A stretch of 64,000 nucleotides of DNA from Ignavibacteriota bacterium (GCA_963787835.1 CAWBEI010000002.1:1184001-1248000); one strand, 5' to 3'; positions 1 to 13,378 are shown, counted from the first letter of the stretch. Notes: generated by a model not told the origin, from the sequence alone. Made by a program: numbers and translations.

Positions 1-1217
1 CCAGCTTCATCGAGCACGTCGATAGCTTTATCGGGAAGGAAACGATCGGTGATGTAACGATCGGAAAGTTTCACGGCTTGCTCGATCGCTTTCTCGGCAT
101 AATGCACGCTGTGATGCGCTTCGTATTTCGATTTGATATTGTTGAGGATCGTGATCGTCTGATCGACGGTCGGTGGATCGACAATAATTTTCTGGAAACG
201 TCGGTCGAGCGCGCCATCCTTTTCAATATACTGGCGGTATTCATCGAGCGTTGTTGCGCCAATGCACTGAATGTCGCCACGTGAGAGAGCCGGTTTGAAC
301 ATATTCGAAGCATCGAGCGAACCAGATGCGCCGCCGGCGCCAACGATGGTGTGCAATTCGTCAATGAAGAGGATAACGTCCTTCGCTTTTTCAAGCTCGT
401 TCATCACGGCTTTCATGCGCTCTTCGAACTGGCCGCGATATTTCGTTCCGGCGACCAGCGCCGCAAGGTCGAGCGTAACAACGCGCTTCTCGTAGAGAAT
501 GCGCGGTACTTTCTTTTGCACGATACGCAAGGCAAGTCCTTCAGCGATGGCGGTTTTGCCAACGCCAGGTTCGCCGATAAGTACTGGATTGTTTTTCTTG
601 CGGCGCGAGAGAACTTGAGATACGCGCTCGATCTCCTTCTCTCGTCCCACGATGGGGTCGAGTTTATCTTCGGCGGCCATCTTGGTGAGATCGCGGCCGA
701 AGTTATCGAGCACCGGCGTTTTGGTGCGCTCCGGCTTTTTCTCCGATTGCGCGGCTTTGGGCGGTGAAGTTGGGCGGCCAGAAATGATGTTATCCAACTC
801 CGCGCGGACAGCATCGTACGTGACGCTAAACTGATTCAAAATCTGCGCGGCAATGTTATCCTCATCGCGCAAGAGCGAAAGGAGCAAGTGCTCGGTGCCG
901 ATCACATCGCTTTTGTAAAGTTTGGCTTCGAGATAGGTGATCTTCAGCACTTTCTCGGCTTGCTTGGTAAGCGGTATCTGCCCGATCGTAAGAGTCGTAC
1001 CTGAAGATCGCACGGTATCCTCGATCGCCTTTTTGATCTTGTAGAGATCGGCGCCGAGATTGCGGAGGATTTTCACCGCAATGCCTTCGCCTTCGCGAAT
1101 GATGCCGAGGAGCAAGTGCTCCGTTCCGATATAATCATGACCCAAACGGATCGCTTCCTCCCGCGAGAGGCGGATCACGTCTTGTACTCTATTCGAAAAA
1201 TTTCCTTCTGTTGGCAT
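1..1217 (-). CDS. clpC: ATP-dependent Clp protease ATP-binding subunit, N-terminal part (runs off the window)
   Basis: Not in the ORF track; manual translation from ATG 1217 gives [37 protein letters not shown], two Clp-N repeats, [16 protein letters not shown] Walker A and LFIDELH Walker B. Confidence 0.93.
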   Translation of the reverse strand, partial: MPTEGNFSNRVQDVIRLSREEAIRLGHDYIGTEHLLLGIIREGEGIAVKILRNLGADLYKIKKAIEDTVRSSGTTLTIGQIPLTKQAEKVLKITYLEAKLYKSDVIGTEHLLLSLLRDEDNIAAQILNQFSVTYDAVRAELDNIISGRPTSPPKAAQSEKKPERTKTPVLDNFGRDLTKMAAEDKLDPIVGREKEIERVSQVLSRRKKNNPVLIGEPGVGKTAIAEGLALRIVQKKVPRILYEKRVVTLDLAALVAGTKYRGQFEERMKAVMNELEKAKDVILFIDELHTIVGAGGASGSLDASNMFKPALSRGDIQCIGATTLDEYRQYIEKDGALDRRFQKIIVDPPTVDQTITILNNIKSKYEAHHSVHYAEKAIEQAVKLSDRYITDRFLPDKAIDVLDEA

Positions 1218-1433
1218 GGAGATATTCCTTTATTAAAAAATCAACGATTGTGCCATACGAATGTTACAACAATCTTTGAGGAGGAATTGATTACGTTCCT
1301 TCTCTATTTAAGTAACATCGCAATGCGCGGAGAATTACACCTCCGCAAGCAGAATTAGTGCAAATTAACGACCATTAGCTTAAAAGCCACATTTTCTGAC
1401 AGCCTGACAGTGCCATTCCGACAAATCGCCAAA

Positions 1434-2978
1434 ATGCTGACATTCCTGGCGTGCTTTTGCGCCCCGGTGATGGCGTTTGACCAGCAACTGGCACCCCTGC
1501 TTAAACACTCCATAAAATGTGCCACATCTACTTCAGCCATGAAGCCACAAGCCGGGACCTATCCATACACGTGGGCACTACCCACCGGTTTTCCCGATTC
1601 GATCCTTAGCCCATCTGGTCGGTTCATGATCTATTATTACGCCGCTTCTGCTAATCCCGACAGCATTGCCACTCTGGCATTCGCCCAGAGAGCGGCGGAG
1701 GACGCAGACAGTGCTTATGCCTTCGAGATCGGAGACTTAGGCTATACGGCGCCTGCATTCACCGAGGGATCTCATTACAATATTTATCTAACCTCCTTTC
1801 ACACCCCTTATGGATATGAGGCGTATGGCGCGACCTTCATCCTCGACAGCGGGCGTTTGGCAGACTCGCCAAGTGGGAACTACCGGTTCCGGTCCTATAT
1901 CCAAACAGATGATTCGTTCAACAGCGATATTTATGCTACGCACGGCCTCGATGCACTTCGCATTACGATCTTTCACGAATTCTTTCATGTGATCCAGTTT
2001 TCGGGTTACGGTCATCCGCCGAACTTCAATGCGCCAGATCCGAATTATGTTTATTTTCAGGAAATGTCCAGTGTGTGGATGGAATGGCTGAGCACTCCAA
2101 CCGTCAAGGATTATTTGAATTATGTTGCGCAATATCTGAGCACCCTCGATAACCGCTTCGATCTCTCACCGAGCGAAGGCTATGGCCAGTATATTTATTT
2201 TGCCTATCTTACGCATCGTTTCAACGATTCGGGCATTGTCCGTAAAATTTGGGATTACTACCGCGATAGTTCCACCGACCCGATCACCTGCATCGACGAA
2301 GTTTTGCGGTGGGATTATGGAAGCTCATTCTGCGAAGAGTATGAAAGGTTCGGTGCGGAAATTATCCAAACAGGAAGACGATTTAGCGGCAAATCTATTC
2401 TTCCGGATGCTCAGTTGTTGCCGGTCGATACTATTTCTGTCGTTACATTAGCTCCTGATTCACAAGGGCAGTTTCAGACGCTTGCGTTGTCATTGCAATT
2501 CGCGGATGTCGGTTCAGGTCAGGATACGTGCATTGAAGTGATTGCACGTGATACTGATCGCGATCTCCAATCCAATGCTTCTATTCAGTTCTCATCGATC
2601 GGTGCAGTGCCCACACTAATTCTCGATACCCCTTCTGCCTACTGCGACACAGAGGTTTGCATCCTGCCACTCTCTGCAGCCTCGCCAGGGCTGGAAGCTT
2701 ACCCCGCTCCATTTATTTCGGACGGCGCATCGCAAACATACATCATTGCATCGACGAATACCACGCCGCCGGTCTCCGTTGTGATGAACATTTTGGATCT
2801 CAGCATGAATGAAATTCGCTCGACGAAAACGGCTGCGTTGCCATTTCGCGGAACATGGAATGCCGTCTGGGATGGCCGCGACGACAACGGAAAATTAGTT
2901 CAGAGCGGAGAATATCTCTACACCCTCCATGTCGATGGTGCGTTGAAAGTAGGGAAGATCGTGGTGGTGAGGAAATGA
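1434..2978 (+). CDS. Secreted zinc metalloprotease-like protein with C-terminal FlgD-Ig/T9SS-type domain
   Basis: Signal peptide, HEFFH (HExxH) followed by YFQEMSS, C-terminal WDGRDDNGKLVQSGEYLY; start could be GTG 1410. Confidence 0.7.
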   Translation: MLTFLACFCAPVMAFDQQLAPLLKHSIKCATSTSAMKPQAGTYPYTWALPTGFPDSILSPSGRFMIYYYAASANPDSIATLAFAQRAAEDADSAYAFEIGDLGYTAPAFTEGSHYNIYLTSFHTPYGYEAYGATFILDSGRLADSPSGNYRFRSYIQTDDSFNSDIYATHGLDALRITIFHEFFHVIQFSGYGHPPNFNAPDPNYVYFQEMSSVWMEWLSTPTVKDYLNYVAQYLSTLDNRFDLSPSEGYGQYIYFAYLTHRFNDSGIVRKIWDYYRDSSTDPITCIDEVLRWDYGSSFCEEYERFGAEIIQTGRRFSGKSILPDAQLLPVDTISVVTLAPDSQGQFQTLALSLQFADVGSGQDTCIEVIARDTDRDLQSNASIQFSSIGAVPTLILDTPSAYCDTEVCILPLSAASPGLEAYPAPFISDGASQTYIIASTNTTPPVSVVMNILDLSMNEIRSTKTAALPFRGTWNAVWDGRDDNGKLVQSGEYLYTLHVDGALKVGKIVVVRK

Positions 2979-2982
2979 GGGT

Positions 2983-3047
2983 CTGAACCTGGATTTATGG
3001 GATTATTGGGATTTGTAGGATGGAATAGGTCAAAAATCAATCCCATT
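2983..3047. repeat. GAACC-tagged ~9-nt tandem repeat element
   Basis: CTGAACCTGGATTTATGGGATTATTGGGATTTGTAGGAT, the reverse complement of the AATC...GGTTC elements at 49419 and 61697. Confidence 0.6.
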
Positions 3048-3082
3048 GGATTAAATCTTATTATCGATTGGTTTACGAATGT

Positions 3083-3898
3083 ATGATGAAGCTTTTTACG
3101 TTCATTGTGTATACTTTTTCGCTCTTGACGGTAGCACAGGCGCAGAGTGGGAACGAGCTTTTAGTGTTGCATCTTGCTGCTCCTATAGAGCAATATATGT
3201 TCACGGTAGCGTGGGGCAGTCATATTGGATATACGTATTCTGGAACTATGTCTCTGAATGTCGATACCACCGTGAGTATTAGATTTCAGGACACAATTAA
3301 TGTCTCAGTTGGAAGTTATTCTATAGCATTTATCATTGATTCTATCCATAGCCAAATTTTGAAAGTGAGAGTGAAGAATACCGGACCTGTGGGAGGTTAC
3401 ATTGGCTACTACGATGAACCTGGAAGCGGATCTTGGTTCTATGTGGCAGACATTGATTCAATTAAATATGATCGAATGAACTCGGCAATTGAAATACTGC
3501 CGACGATTGCTGAAGCAACAGATACAGTTCAGGCAGCATGGGCAAGTAGTATTCCTTTCGGTAGTAATGATTATGAATTTGGAGGCAATGGGTGGAATGG
3601 CATGGAATATGATACAATATCTATGGAACTAAGTCCATTGAATTCTTCCGTCTCGAATGCCAAACCAGCTATCCAGAATTTATCGGTTCAGTATGACCCT
3701 AACGGACTATGGAAAGCATATTTGTCACCGGGTCTCACGGAAAGAGAATTAGATGTCATGAATATTGTGGGAGCTAATATTATGACCATTAGGATTCCTT
3801 CTGGTTTATCCTCTATTCCATTACCATCGATACTTTCGAATGGAATTTATTTTGTTCGAGTCGGCAATGAAATGGCAAAGTTTGTCGTGATGCCATAA
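3083..3898 (+). CDS. Secreted hypothetical protein with T9SS type A-like C-terminal sorting domain
   Basis: Signal peptide; ends LSNGIYFVRVGNEMAKFVVMP; visibly AT-richer than flanks. Confidence 0.7.
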   Translation: MMKLFTFIVYTFSLLTVAQAQSGNELLVLHLAAPIEQYMFTVAWGSHIGYTYSGTMSLNVDTTVSIRFQDTINVSVGSYSIAFIIDSIHSQILKVRVKNTGPVGGYIGYYDEPGSGSWFYVADIDSIKYDRMNSAIEILPTIAEATDTVQAAWASSIPFGSNDYEFGGNGWNGMEYDTISMELSPLNSSVSNAKPAIQNLSVQYDPNGLWKAYLSPGLTERELDVMNIVGANIMTIRIPSGLSSIPLPSILSNGIYFVRVGNEMAKFVVMP

Positions 3899-3940
3899 CT
3901 TGGGGCACACCCACCCTTACTTCGGTGTTATCCCGCCCAA

Positions 3941-5464
3941 ATGCCCAGACGCACCGACATAAAAAGCATCCTCATCATTGGCTCCGGCCCGATCGTGATC
4001 GGGCAGGCGTGCGAATTCGATTATTCCGGCACGCAGGCGTGCAAAGTCCTGAAGGAGGAGGGATTTCGCGTCATTCTCGTCAATTCCAATCCGGCGACGA
4101 TCATGACCGACCCGGAATTCGCCGATGCCACCTACATCGAGCCGATCACGCCGGAATATATCGAGGCCATCATTGCGAAAGAGCGTCCCGATGCCATTCT
4201 CCCAACCATGGGCGGACAAACGGCGCTGAACAATGCACTCGCGCTCCACGAAAGAGGCATTCTGAAAAAATATAATGTAGAATTAATCGGAGCAAAGCCG
4301 GATGCCATCAAGCGCGCCGAGGATCGTGAGGAATTCCTTGCCACGATGAAATCCATTGGCCTCGAAATGCCGCGCGGAGGATTTGTAAATACCGTCGAAG
4401 AGGCGCTGGAATTAATAGAACTTGTTGGGTTCCCGACGATCATTCGGCCCAGTTTCACAATGGGCGGTTCCGGCGGCGGAATATGCTGGAACATGCAGGA
4501 ATTCCGCGAAGTAGTACAGCATGGGTTGGATGCTTCTCCAGTACATCGCGTGCTTGTGGAAGAATCCGTGATCGGTTGGAAGGAATTCGAACTGGAGGTA
4601 ATGCGCGACATGGCCGATAACGTCGTCATCATCTGCTCCATCGAAAATTTCGATCCAATGGGCGTGCATACCGGCGATTCGATCACGGTCGCCCCCGCCC
4701 AAACGCTTTCCGATAAAGAATATCAAAAGATGCGCGATGCGGCGATCAAAGTTATTCGCGCCATTGGCGTAGAGACGGGCGGCTCAAATATCCAGTTTGC
4801 TCTGAATCCGAAGGATGGCAGAATGCTGGTAATCGAGATGAATCCTCGTGTATCGCGTTCCTCCGCGCTCGCATCGAAAGCAACGGGGTTCCCGATCGCA
4901 AAAATTGCGGCGAAACTTGCCATCGGTTACACACTGGATGAAATTCCCAACGACATCACCAAAATGACTCCAAGCTGCTTCGAGCCGGTCATTGATTATT
5001 GCGTGGTTAAGATTCCCAGATGGGATTTCGAAAAATTCAAAGGATTGGAAGCAAGTTCATCCCAGCTTGGCGTGCAGATGAAATCCGTTGGAGAAGCAAT
5101 GGCATTTGGCCGCACGTTCAAAGAGGCGCTGCAAAAATCGTTGCGCTCGCTGGAGCAGGGCCGCTACGGCCTCGGCGCGGACGGCAAGGATGAATTTGAC
5201 ATTCCGAATATGACGGAAGCCGAAAAGCGCTATGCCACCGAGACCATCCGCGAACGCCTCGGCCTTCGCCGCTCGGATATGATCTTCAACATTCGATTCG
5301 CTTTCCAGCTTGGCCTTTCACTCGATGAAATTTACGAAGCCACGAAGATCGATCCTTGGTTCTTAGATCAAATTTGGCAGATCGTGAGAAGGGAACGGGA
5401 ATTGAGGGAGGCAGCGAAACAAACTGTTCCCAATAATCAGATTGAAGAATTGCAAGTCGTATGA
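3941..5464 (+). CDS. carB: Carbamoyl-phosphate synthase large subunit, N-terminal half
   Basis: [48 protein letters not shown]; stops within the oligomerisation domain shortly after IDPWFL. Confidence 0.95.
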   Translation: MPRRTDIKSILIIGSGPIVIGQACEFDYSGTQACKVLKEEGFRVILVNSNPATIMTDPEFADATYIEPITPEYIEAIIAKERPDAILPTMGGQTALNNALALHERGILKKYNVELIGAKPDAIKRAEDREEFLATMKSIGLEMPRGGFVNTVEEALELIELVGFPTIIRPSFTMGGSGGGICWNMQEFREVVQHGLDASPVHRVLVEESVIGWKEFELEVMRDMADNVVIICSIENFDPMGVHTGDSITVAPAQTLSDKEYQKMRDAAIKVIRAIGVETGGSNIQFALNPKDGRMLVIEMNPRVSRSSALASKATGFPIAKIAAKLAIGYTLDEIPNDITKMTPSCFEPVIDYCVVKIPRWDFEKFKGLEASSSQLGVQMKSVGEAMAFGRTFKEALQKSLRSLEQGRYGLGADGKDEFDIPNMTEAEKRYATETIRERLGLRRSDMIFNIRFAFQLGLSLDEIYEATKIDPWFLDQIWQIVRRERELREAAKQTVPNNQIEELQVV

Positions 5465-6156
5465 GGGCAGTTCTTTTCGATCTCTTCGGTACACTCGTCG
5501 ATAATCCGACGACCGCCGAGGTATCACAACTTCATCAGGAGGTGGCTTCCGTTCTTGGTGTGCCTACCGAAGACTTTGCGAAGGGTTGGAAAGAAACATT
5601 TCACGATCGCGCACAGGGTAAGCATGGATCGGTAGCTCAGTCCATTGCGGCTGCGGCGACGATGAATGGAAGAGTGATTAATCAGAATGAGCTTCCTCGT
5701 GCGGTCGAAATACGATACGAATTCACGCGTGGCTGGCTAACCCCTCGAAAGGATGCGCTTTCTACAGTAAAGGAACTGAAAAATAGAGGGCTAAAGATCG
5801 GACTGCTATCTAATTGCACCGATGAAGTGCCAGAAATTTGGCCTTCGCTGAATATTGCCTCAATGTTTGATGAGCCATTGTTCTCATCACAGGAACGATT
5901 ACGAAAACCGCTGCCGGAATTTTATCACCTTGCACTCGAAAGGCTGAAAGTAGCCGCTTCGGAATGCCTCTATGTAGCGGATGGAGACAATGGTGAACTT
6001 GCTGCAGCAAAGAAATTAGGAATGCCGGTGGTGATGATTCGACCCTCCGATCTACTTAACGATTACCGCCAAGACCCGGAAGAAGATTGGGACGGCCCGA
6101 GAATCGAACGATTATCGGAATTACTTCATTTGGAAATTCTAAATCAAATATCGTGA
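5461..6156 (+). CDS. HAD-family hydrolase
   Basis: FDLFGTLVD motif [23 protein letters not shown]; ATGA and GTGA overlaps with both carB halves. Confidence 0.9.
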   Translation: MRAVLFDLFGTLVDNPTTAEVSQLHQEVASVLGVPTEDFAKGWKETFHDRAQGKHGSVAQSIAAAATMNGRVINQNELPRAVEIRYEFTRGWLTPRKDALSTVKELKNRGLKIGLLSNCTDEVPEIWPSLNIASMFDEPLFSSQERLRKPLPEFYHLALERLKVAASECLYVADGDNGELAAAKKLGMPVVMIRPSDLLNDYRQDPEEDWDGPRIERLSELLHLEILNQIS

Positions 6157-7979
6157 AGCAAGAATTTCAAATTACCCCCGACCTCCTCTATCGCGCAAAG
6201 CGCGATGGTTTCTCCGACCGCCAGCTTGCCGGGATCTTCGGCGTGGGCGAGAATGATGTTCGTGCGCGCCGTAAAGAGCTTGGCATTGTGCCGGTTTTTA
6301 AGACCGTCGATACCTGTGCGGCGGAGTTTTCTGCCCAGACGCCCTATCATTACTCGACATATGAAGAGGAGAATGAGTCGGTTCGATCAGGTAAGAAGAA
6401 AGTTTTGATTCTGGGCGGAGGGCCGAACAGGATCGGTCAAGGCATCGAGTTCGATTACTGCTGCGTCCATGCTGCGCTTGCGCTTGAGGAAGAGGGCTTC
6501 GAGACGATCATGCTGAACTGCAATCCCGAAACCGTCTCCACCGATTACGATACCTGCGACAAGCTGTATTTCGAACCGCTCACGTTCGAAGATGTGATGA
6601 ACGTCATCGACTTCGAAAAGCCTGATGGCGTAATAGTTACATTCGGCGGACAAACCCCGCTCAAGCTTGCAAAGCAACTGGAAGCTGCCGGGGTACCTAT
6701 TCTCGGTACATCGCCGGATATGATCGATGTGGCAGAAGACCGTAAACGGTTTGGCGAGTTGATCGACCGATTGCATATAAAATGCCCGCCGTATGGCACG
6801 GCGTTCGAAACGGACGTAGCCATTCGCGTGGCGGAACGAATCGGTTATCCGGTGCTGGTGCGTCCGAGTTATGTGCTTGGCGGACGTGCAATGGAAATTT
6901 GCTACCGGCCCGAAGCGGTTGCAGAATATATGGAGAATGCGCGTGGCGTAAGTCCGAGCCATCCTATTCTCATCGATCATTTCCTCGAAGATGCATACGA
7001 GTTCGATGTCGATGCCGTGCGCGATAAAGAGGGAACAGTAATTATCGGTGGCATCATGCAGCATATCGAAGAAGCTGGGATTCATTCCGGAGATTCATCG
7101 AGTGTCATTCCGCCATACTATATTTCTGACGAGAACTACAAGCAGATCGTTGACTACACGCGCCGTTTAGCAACCGCGCTTGAAGTGGTTGGTCTCATCA
7201 ACATTCAATATGCGCTGAAGGATAGCACCGTTTATGTGCTCGAAGTAAATCCTCGCGCAAGCCGCACCGTGCCATTTGTTTCGAAAGCAACGGGACGTCC
7301 GCTGGCAAAGATCGCGGCAAAGGTAATGATCGGTCGCACGTTGAATGAGCTTGGCGTGAAGGATTTCAAGAAAGAAACGCCCTTCGTTGCAATTAAAGAG
7401 TCGGTCTTCCCCTTTGATAAATTCCCCCGCGTGAGAATGTTCTTAGGCCCGGAAATGCGCTCGACGGGTGAAGTGATGGGCGTTGGCGCGGACTTTGGCG
7501 AAGCTATTCTGAAATCCCATACTGGCGCGAACATGAAGCTGCCCGCTGAAGGTACACTTTTCGTATCTCTCCGCGATCAGGATAAACGTCCGCGCTCAAC
7601 AGAAGTAATTCGCGGCTTTTTTGATCTTGGATTTAACATCATTGCAACCGCCGGCACTGCAAAATTCCTGCGCGAGCATGGGATTCCCGCCGAGCCTATT
7701 CGCAAAGTAAGCGAAGGACGACCGAATATCGTCGATGCCATTAAGAACCGCGAAGTGCAGCTTGTGATCAACACCCCGAGCGGAGAAATTTCCCGTATTG
7801 CTGAGTACCAAATTGGCTGGGCCGCTATCGAACACAAAGTACCGTTCATCACGACACTTTCTGCTGCGGCAAGTGTGGTTAGCGCAATAAGTTCCATGCG
7901 GAAGGGCGAGCGGACGGTCAGGAGTGTGCAGGAATTACATAAGATTCTCGCGAAGCCGCATGAGCTACAAAACTATTGA
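6153..7979 (+). CDS. carB: Carbamoyl-phosphate synthase large subunit, C-terminal half
   Basis: GTG start overlapping the HAD stop; AKRDGFSDRQLA, VFKTVDTCAAEF, GGPNRIGQGIEFDY, second ATP-grasp and MGS-like domain. Confidence 0.93.
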   Translation: MKQEFQITPDLLYRAKRDGFSDRQLAGIFGVGENDVRARRKELGIVPVFKTVDTCAAEFSAQTPYHYSTYEEENESVRSGKKKVLILGGGPNRIGQGIEFDYCCVHAALALEEEGFETIMLNCNPETVSTDYDTCDKLYFEPLTFEDVMNVIDFEKPDGVIVTFGGQTPLKLAKQLEAAGVPILGTSPDMIDVAEDRKRFGELIDRLHIKCPPYGTAFETDVAIRVAERIGYPVLVRPSYVLGGRAMEICYRPEAVAEYMENARGVSPSHPILIDHFLEDAYEFDVDAVRDKEGTVIIGGIMQHIEEAGIHSGDSSSVIPPYYISDENYKQIVDYTRRLATALEVVGLINIQYALKDSTVYVLEVNPRASRTVPFVSKATGRPLAKIAAKVMIGRTLNELGVKDFKKETPFVAIKESVFPFDKFPRVRMFLGPEMRSTGEVMGVGADFGEAILKSHTGANMKLPAEGTLFVSLRDQDKRPRSTEVIRGFFDLGFNIIATAGTAKFLREHGIPAEPIRKVSEGRPNIVDAIKNREVQLVINTPSGEISRIAEYQIGWAAIEHKVPFITTLSAAASVVSAISSMRKGERTVRSVQELHKILAKPHELQNY

Positions 7980-9150
7980 CGACATCGACGTAACCGACAA
8001 GCGCGTATTCCTTCGCGTCGATTTCAATGTACCGGTTACGAAAGAAGCGCCATACACTATCACGGATGATACGCGCATACGTGCTGCAGCACCGACGATG
8101 TCTTCTTTAATAAAACGAGGCGCGAAACTCATCGTTGCAAGTCATCTCGGACGACCTAAAGGCGGACCGGATGAGAAAAATTCTTTACGCCCTGTGTTCG
8201 AGCATTTGAAAGAGAAGATGACAACTCCGATCTCGTTTGCGAAGGATTGCACCGGCCCCGAAGTGGAAGCGCAAGTGAATGCACTGAAACCTGGTGAAAC
8301 GCTCCTGCTCGAAAATCTTCGTTTTCATCCGGAAGAAGAGAAGAACGATCCTGCATTCGCACAAGCACTCGCAAAGCTTGCGGATGTTTATGTAGATGAT
8401 GCTTTTGGTGCGGCACATAGGGCACACGCATCCATAGAAGGCATTACGCATTTTGTAACCGTGAAGGCAGCGGGATATTTGATGGATAAGGAGTTGAAAT
8501 ACCTTGGAGGCGTGCTCACAAATCCAGCTCATCCTTTTATTGCTATTATCGGTGGAGCGAAAATTTCGGGAAAGATCGATGTCATTCAAAACTTGCTGCA
8601 AAAGGCCAATAAAGTTCTCATCGGCGGCGGGATGACTTATACGTTCCTTAAAGCTGAGGGGAAAGAGATCGGCAAATCATTGGTCGAAGATGATAAGGTT
8701 GAACTCGCAAAATCTTTGCTCGATCAGGCAAAAGGTCGTTTGGTAATTCCTGTCGATACAATGGTGGCAAAAGAATTTAACAACGATGCCGAACACCGTT
8801 CTGTAAGTGTTGATCTGATTCCGAATGATTGGATGGGCGTCGATATTGGGCCGGAGACGATCAAGCTGTTCACTGAGGAAATAGCAAGCGCGAAAACCAT
8901 TGTATGGAACGGCCCGATGGGCGTCTTCGAAATGCCGAATTATGCGACGGGAACCCTCGCTATTGCCGAAGCGATGGCGCGTGCAACCGCAAACGGCGCT
9001 ACGACCGTCGTTGGCGGCGGAGATAGCGTTGCGGCTTTGGAGCAAGCGCATCTCGCGGACAAAATGTCGCACGTTTCGACCGGCGGCGGCGCAAGCTTGG
9101 AATTTCTGGAAGGAAAAGTGCTGCCGGGCGTGAAGGCGTTGGAAGAGTGA
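7960..9150 (+). CDS. pgk: Phosphoglycerate kinase
   Basis: [36 protein letters not shown]. Confidence 0.97.
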   Translation: MSYKTIDDIDVTDKRVFLRVDFNVPVTKEAPYTITDDTRIRAAAPTMSSLIKRGAKLIVASHLGRPKGGPDEKNSLRPVFEHLKEKMTTPISFAKDCTGPEVEAQVNALKPGETLLLENLRFHPEEEKNDPAFAQALAKLADVYVDDAFGAAHRAHASIEGITHFVTVKAAGYLMDKELKYLGGVLTNPAHPFIAIIGGAKISGKIDVIQNLLQKANKVLIGGGMTYTFLKAEGKEIGKSLVEDDKVELAKSLLDQAKGRLVIPVDTMVAKEFNNDAEHRSVSVDLIPNDWMGVDIGPETIKLFTEEIASAKTIVWNGPMGVFEMPNYATGTLAIAEAMARATANGATTVVGGGDSVAALEQAHLADKMSHVSTGGGASLEFLEGKVLPGVKALEE

Positions 9151-9206
9151 TAGGGGTACTGGAATGGAAAGCGCCATATTCCCGTTTCAAATAAGAGGAT
9201 AAAACA

Positions 9207-9434
9207 ATGCAGGAGAACTTTTCCGACCTACCTATTTCCATCAACCCGCAAGTGCTTGGGGGCACTCCGGTATTTCTTGGAACACGCGTGCCTGTTTCGT
9301 CTTTATTTTCGTATCTCGAAAAAGATTATTCCCTTGAGGAATTTCTCGATTGTTTCCCATCGGTTTCGCGGGAAGCTGCCATCGCTGTTTTAACTCAGGC
9401 CGAACGCTTCACGCTTGAGCACGCGAACGCGTGA
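9207..9434 (+). CDS. DUF433-family antitoxin-like protein
   Basis: [19 protein letters not shown] signature, 75 aa. Confidence 0.88.
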   Translation: MQENFSDLPISINPQVLGGTPVFLGTRVPVSSLFSYLEKDYSLEEFLDCFPSVSREAAIAVLTQAERFTLEHANA

Positions 9435-9745
9435 GAATTCTCATTGATGAATGTGTGCCGCGTCCAATCAAGCGGTTTTTGAAAGATCATGATGCGCTTA
9501 CCGTGCAAGAGCTTGGCTATTCAAGTTTCACGAATGGAGAATTGCTCGCACTCGCGGAAGGGAAATTCGATCTTTTCATTACTTCCGATCAGAACCTAAG
9601 TTATCAGCAGAATCTCGCTGGCCGAACGCTTGCAATTCTTATGCTCTCGACCAATGATTGGGATATCATCAAAACGAGCGAAGCAGAGATTGTTTCGGCA
9701 GTCAATCGGATACAGCCAACTGAATTTATGGAATTAGAACTTTGA
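9431..9745 (+). CDS. DUF5615-family PIN-like toxin
   Basis: [24 protein letters not shown]; GTGA overlap with the DUF433 gene. Confidence 0.85.
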   Translation: MRILIDECVPRPIKRFLKDHDALTVQELGYSSFTNGELLALAEGKFDLFITSDQNLSYQQNLAGRTLAILMLSTNDWDIIKTSEAEIVSAVNRIQPTEFMELEL

Positions 9746-9837
9746 TGTCGCTTGGCAGGCATAGTTTCGAATTCCAGAAATGGAAGCGCACTCACTTACC
9801 CTTTTCTTCGTTCAAGGGGCGGGAATCAGGAAATAAG

Positions 9838-9850
9838 TCGTATATTTGTA
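9838..9850 (+). promoter_or_regulatory. Bacteroidota-type -7 promoter box
   Basis: TCGTATATTTGTA just upstream of pyrG; TCGTATCTTTGTA recurs before ftsB (40888) and pyrF (43708). Confidence 0.55.
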
Positions 9851-9851
9851 A

Positions 9852-11576
<1,725 letters not shown>

Positions 11577-11606
11577 GCTTGTGTTTTTGTGCTCAACTTC
11601 AATGAG

Positions 11607-12287
11607 CTATCCATTCGTCTTCTTCTCGTCCTGAAAAAGCCGGTACGAATAGACTCCCGTCCAAATCATCATCCCGATCACGGTTCCCAAGGCGATAAAA
11701 AGACTGGCGGACTGGAATATCAACGCAAGCACAATTCCCACAAGTGATCCGCGCACCCATAGCTTGCCGGCAAAGGCGTGTGTGCTGTTCCAGTTGTCTT
11801 CGCTGTCAAGCGTCCACGGGAGCCGGATGCCGATCATGTAATTTTGCTTTAACTTTGGCATTGCGAATCCAAGTCCGAAGAACAAGCCGAGCAATCCGAT
11901 GGCTATGAGAGGCGTAACATCGAGCTTCGGGTTGAACGCGGTTGCAAGCGTGAGAGCGAAGACGTATGTCAACATGGTGGCGATGAATAACCGAATCCAG
12001 AAATACGCTGGCATTGATGCCACGATATTCGCACGTTTCGGATCCAGGCGTGGAATAAAATAAAGGATGATCGCCACGAGCACATTCATCCCCGGCAAGA
12101 TCAATAATTCGAACGGACTTCCATAGCGGTTCACGTTACCATGTGCATCGAAATGCATCGGTACTCTGGCTGGAAGCGATGACCACGCGACCGCCAGAGC
12201 AATAAAGGGGAGAATGAGCAACACGATAAGCGGTAATTCCCTGAGAAACTTGCCAGAACCTTGATTTATAGAAATATTGCGATCCAT
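11607..12287 (-). CDS. SdpI/DUF1648-family membrane immunity-like protein
   Basis: LPARVPMHF...G, NYMIGIRLPWTL...W..TH, multiple TM helices; ATG 12287 chosen because the upstream extension is repeat-derived. Confidence 0.85.
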   Translation of the reverse strand: MDRNISINQGSGKFLRELPLIVLLILPFIALAVAWSSLPARVPMHFDAHGNVNRYGSPFELLILPGMNVLVAIILYFIPRLDPKRANIVASMPAYFWIRLFIATMLTYVFALTLATAFNPKLDVTPLIAIGLLGLFFGLGFAMPKLKQNYMIGIRLPWTLDSEDNWNSTHAFAGKLWVRGSLVGIVLALIFQSASLFIALGTVIGMMIWTGVYSYRLFQDEKKTNG

Positions 12288-12446
12288 GGGTGAGATATGA
12301 GTTTTATTCCAAACATTCCAGTCACCCCATAAATCCCAGCCGAAGGCTCGCAATGAGGAGTTCTTACCCTATTGAACTTTCACAGCTAAAATTGGATTAA
12401 GTAACTTCCACGCTCGAATACACGCTCCCCTACCACATATCCACCC

Positions 12447-13343
12447 ATGAATCTATCATTTCTAACCCATACATGGTATGGGCCATTGCTTTTCGTTGTC
12501 CTCACGGGACATCTCACCATCATGTGTACTTCGCTTTATATGCACCGTGCTATGGCGCATAGCGGTATTACGCTGCATCCTGCGGTCAGTATGGCAATGC
12601 GCTGGTGGCTTTGGATCTTCACCGGAATGAGCACACGCGAATGGGTGGCAGTGCACCGAAAGCACCATGCGTTCGTGGAGACCGTGGACGATCCACATTC
12701 ACCCGTCATTCATGGCTGGTTGCAGATCCTGTTTTTTGGGGTGAATTATTACCGCAAGGCGTATAACGATCCTGCCGTGATCGAAAAATACTCGAAAGGC
12801 TGCCCGGACGATTGGATCGAGCGCAAGATCTTCATTCCGCATAAAGTGATCGGGCTGATGTTCCTCCTCGTGATCGATGTTCTGATCTTTGGATTTATTG
12901 CCGGACCCCTGGTGTGGGGCGGACAGGTATTGTGGGTTCCATTCTGGGCGGCGGGGATCGTGAATGGTATCGGGCACACGTTTGGGTATCGAAATTACAA
13001 AGTGAAAGATGAAAGCCGTAATATTATCCCGATCGGCATGTTGCTTTCCGGTGAAGAGCTTCACAACAATCATCACAAATTTCCTTCGAGCGCCAGGTTC
13101 TCACAGCGCTGGTTCGAGATCGATATGGGGTGGTGGTACATTCAGGCGCTTAAGCTTTTTGGCTTGGCTAAAGTAGAAATGGTGCAACACGCCGTACCAA
13201 ACTTCAAGCAAGCTGCATTAGCTGCTAAGGAATCGGCCATCGAAAAGGTGCATGAAGCCACCGTTGCTGCTAAAGAAGCGGCGGCTCAGGCCAAGACAGC
13301 AGTGAAAGTTATTGCAAAAGGGCCGCTCGGATCGGAGTATTAA
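12447..13343 (+). CDS. Membrane fatty acid (delta-9-like) desaturase
   Basis: His boxes HRAMAH, HRKHH, HNNHH. Confidence 0.9.
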   Translation: MNLSFLTHTWYGPLLFVVLTGHLTIMCTSLYMHRAMAHSGITLHPAVSMAMRWWLWIFTGMSTREWVAVHRKHHAFVETVDDPHSPVIHGWLQILFFGVNYYRKAYNDPAVIEKYSKGCPDDWIERKIFIPHKVIGLMFLLVIDVLIFGFIAGPLVWGGQVLWVPFWAAGIVNGIGHTFGYRNYKVKDESRNIIPIGMLLSGEELHNNHHKFPSSARFSQRWFEIDMGWWYIQALKLFGLAKVEMVQHAVPNFKQAALAAKESAIEKVHEATVAAKEAAAQAKTAVKVIAKGPLGSEY

Positions 13344-13378
13344 AAAGAATCTGGATGTAGTTTACACATTCAGCGTCC

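Noticed and set aside
71-1358. Short ORFs over the window start and many antisense ORFs elsewhere
   Set aside because: Shadows of clpC and other well-supported genes, with no motifs of their own
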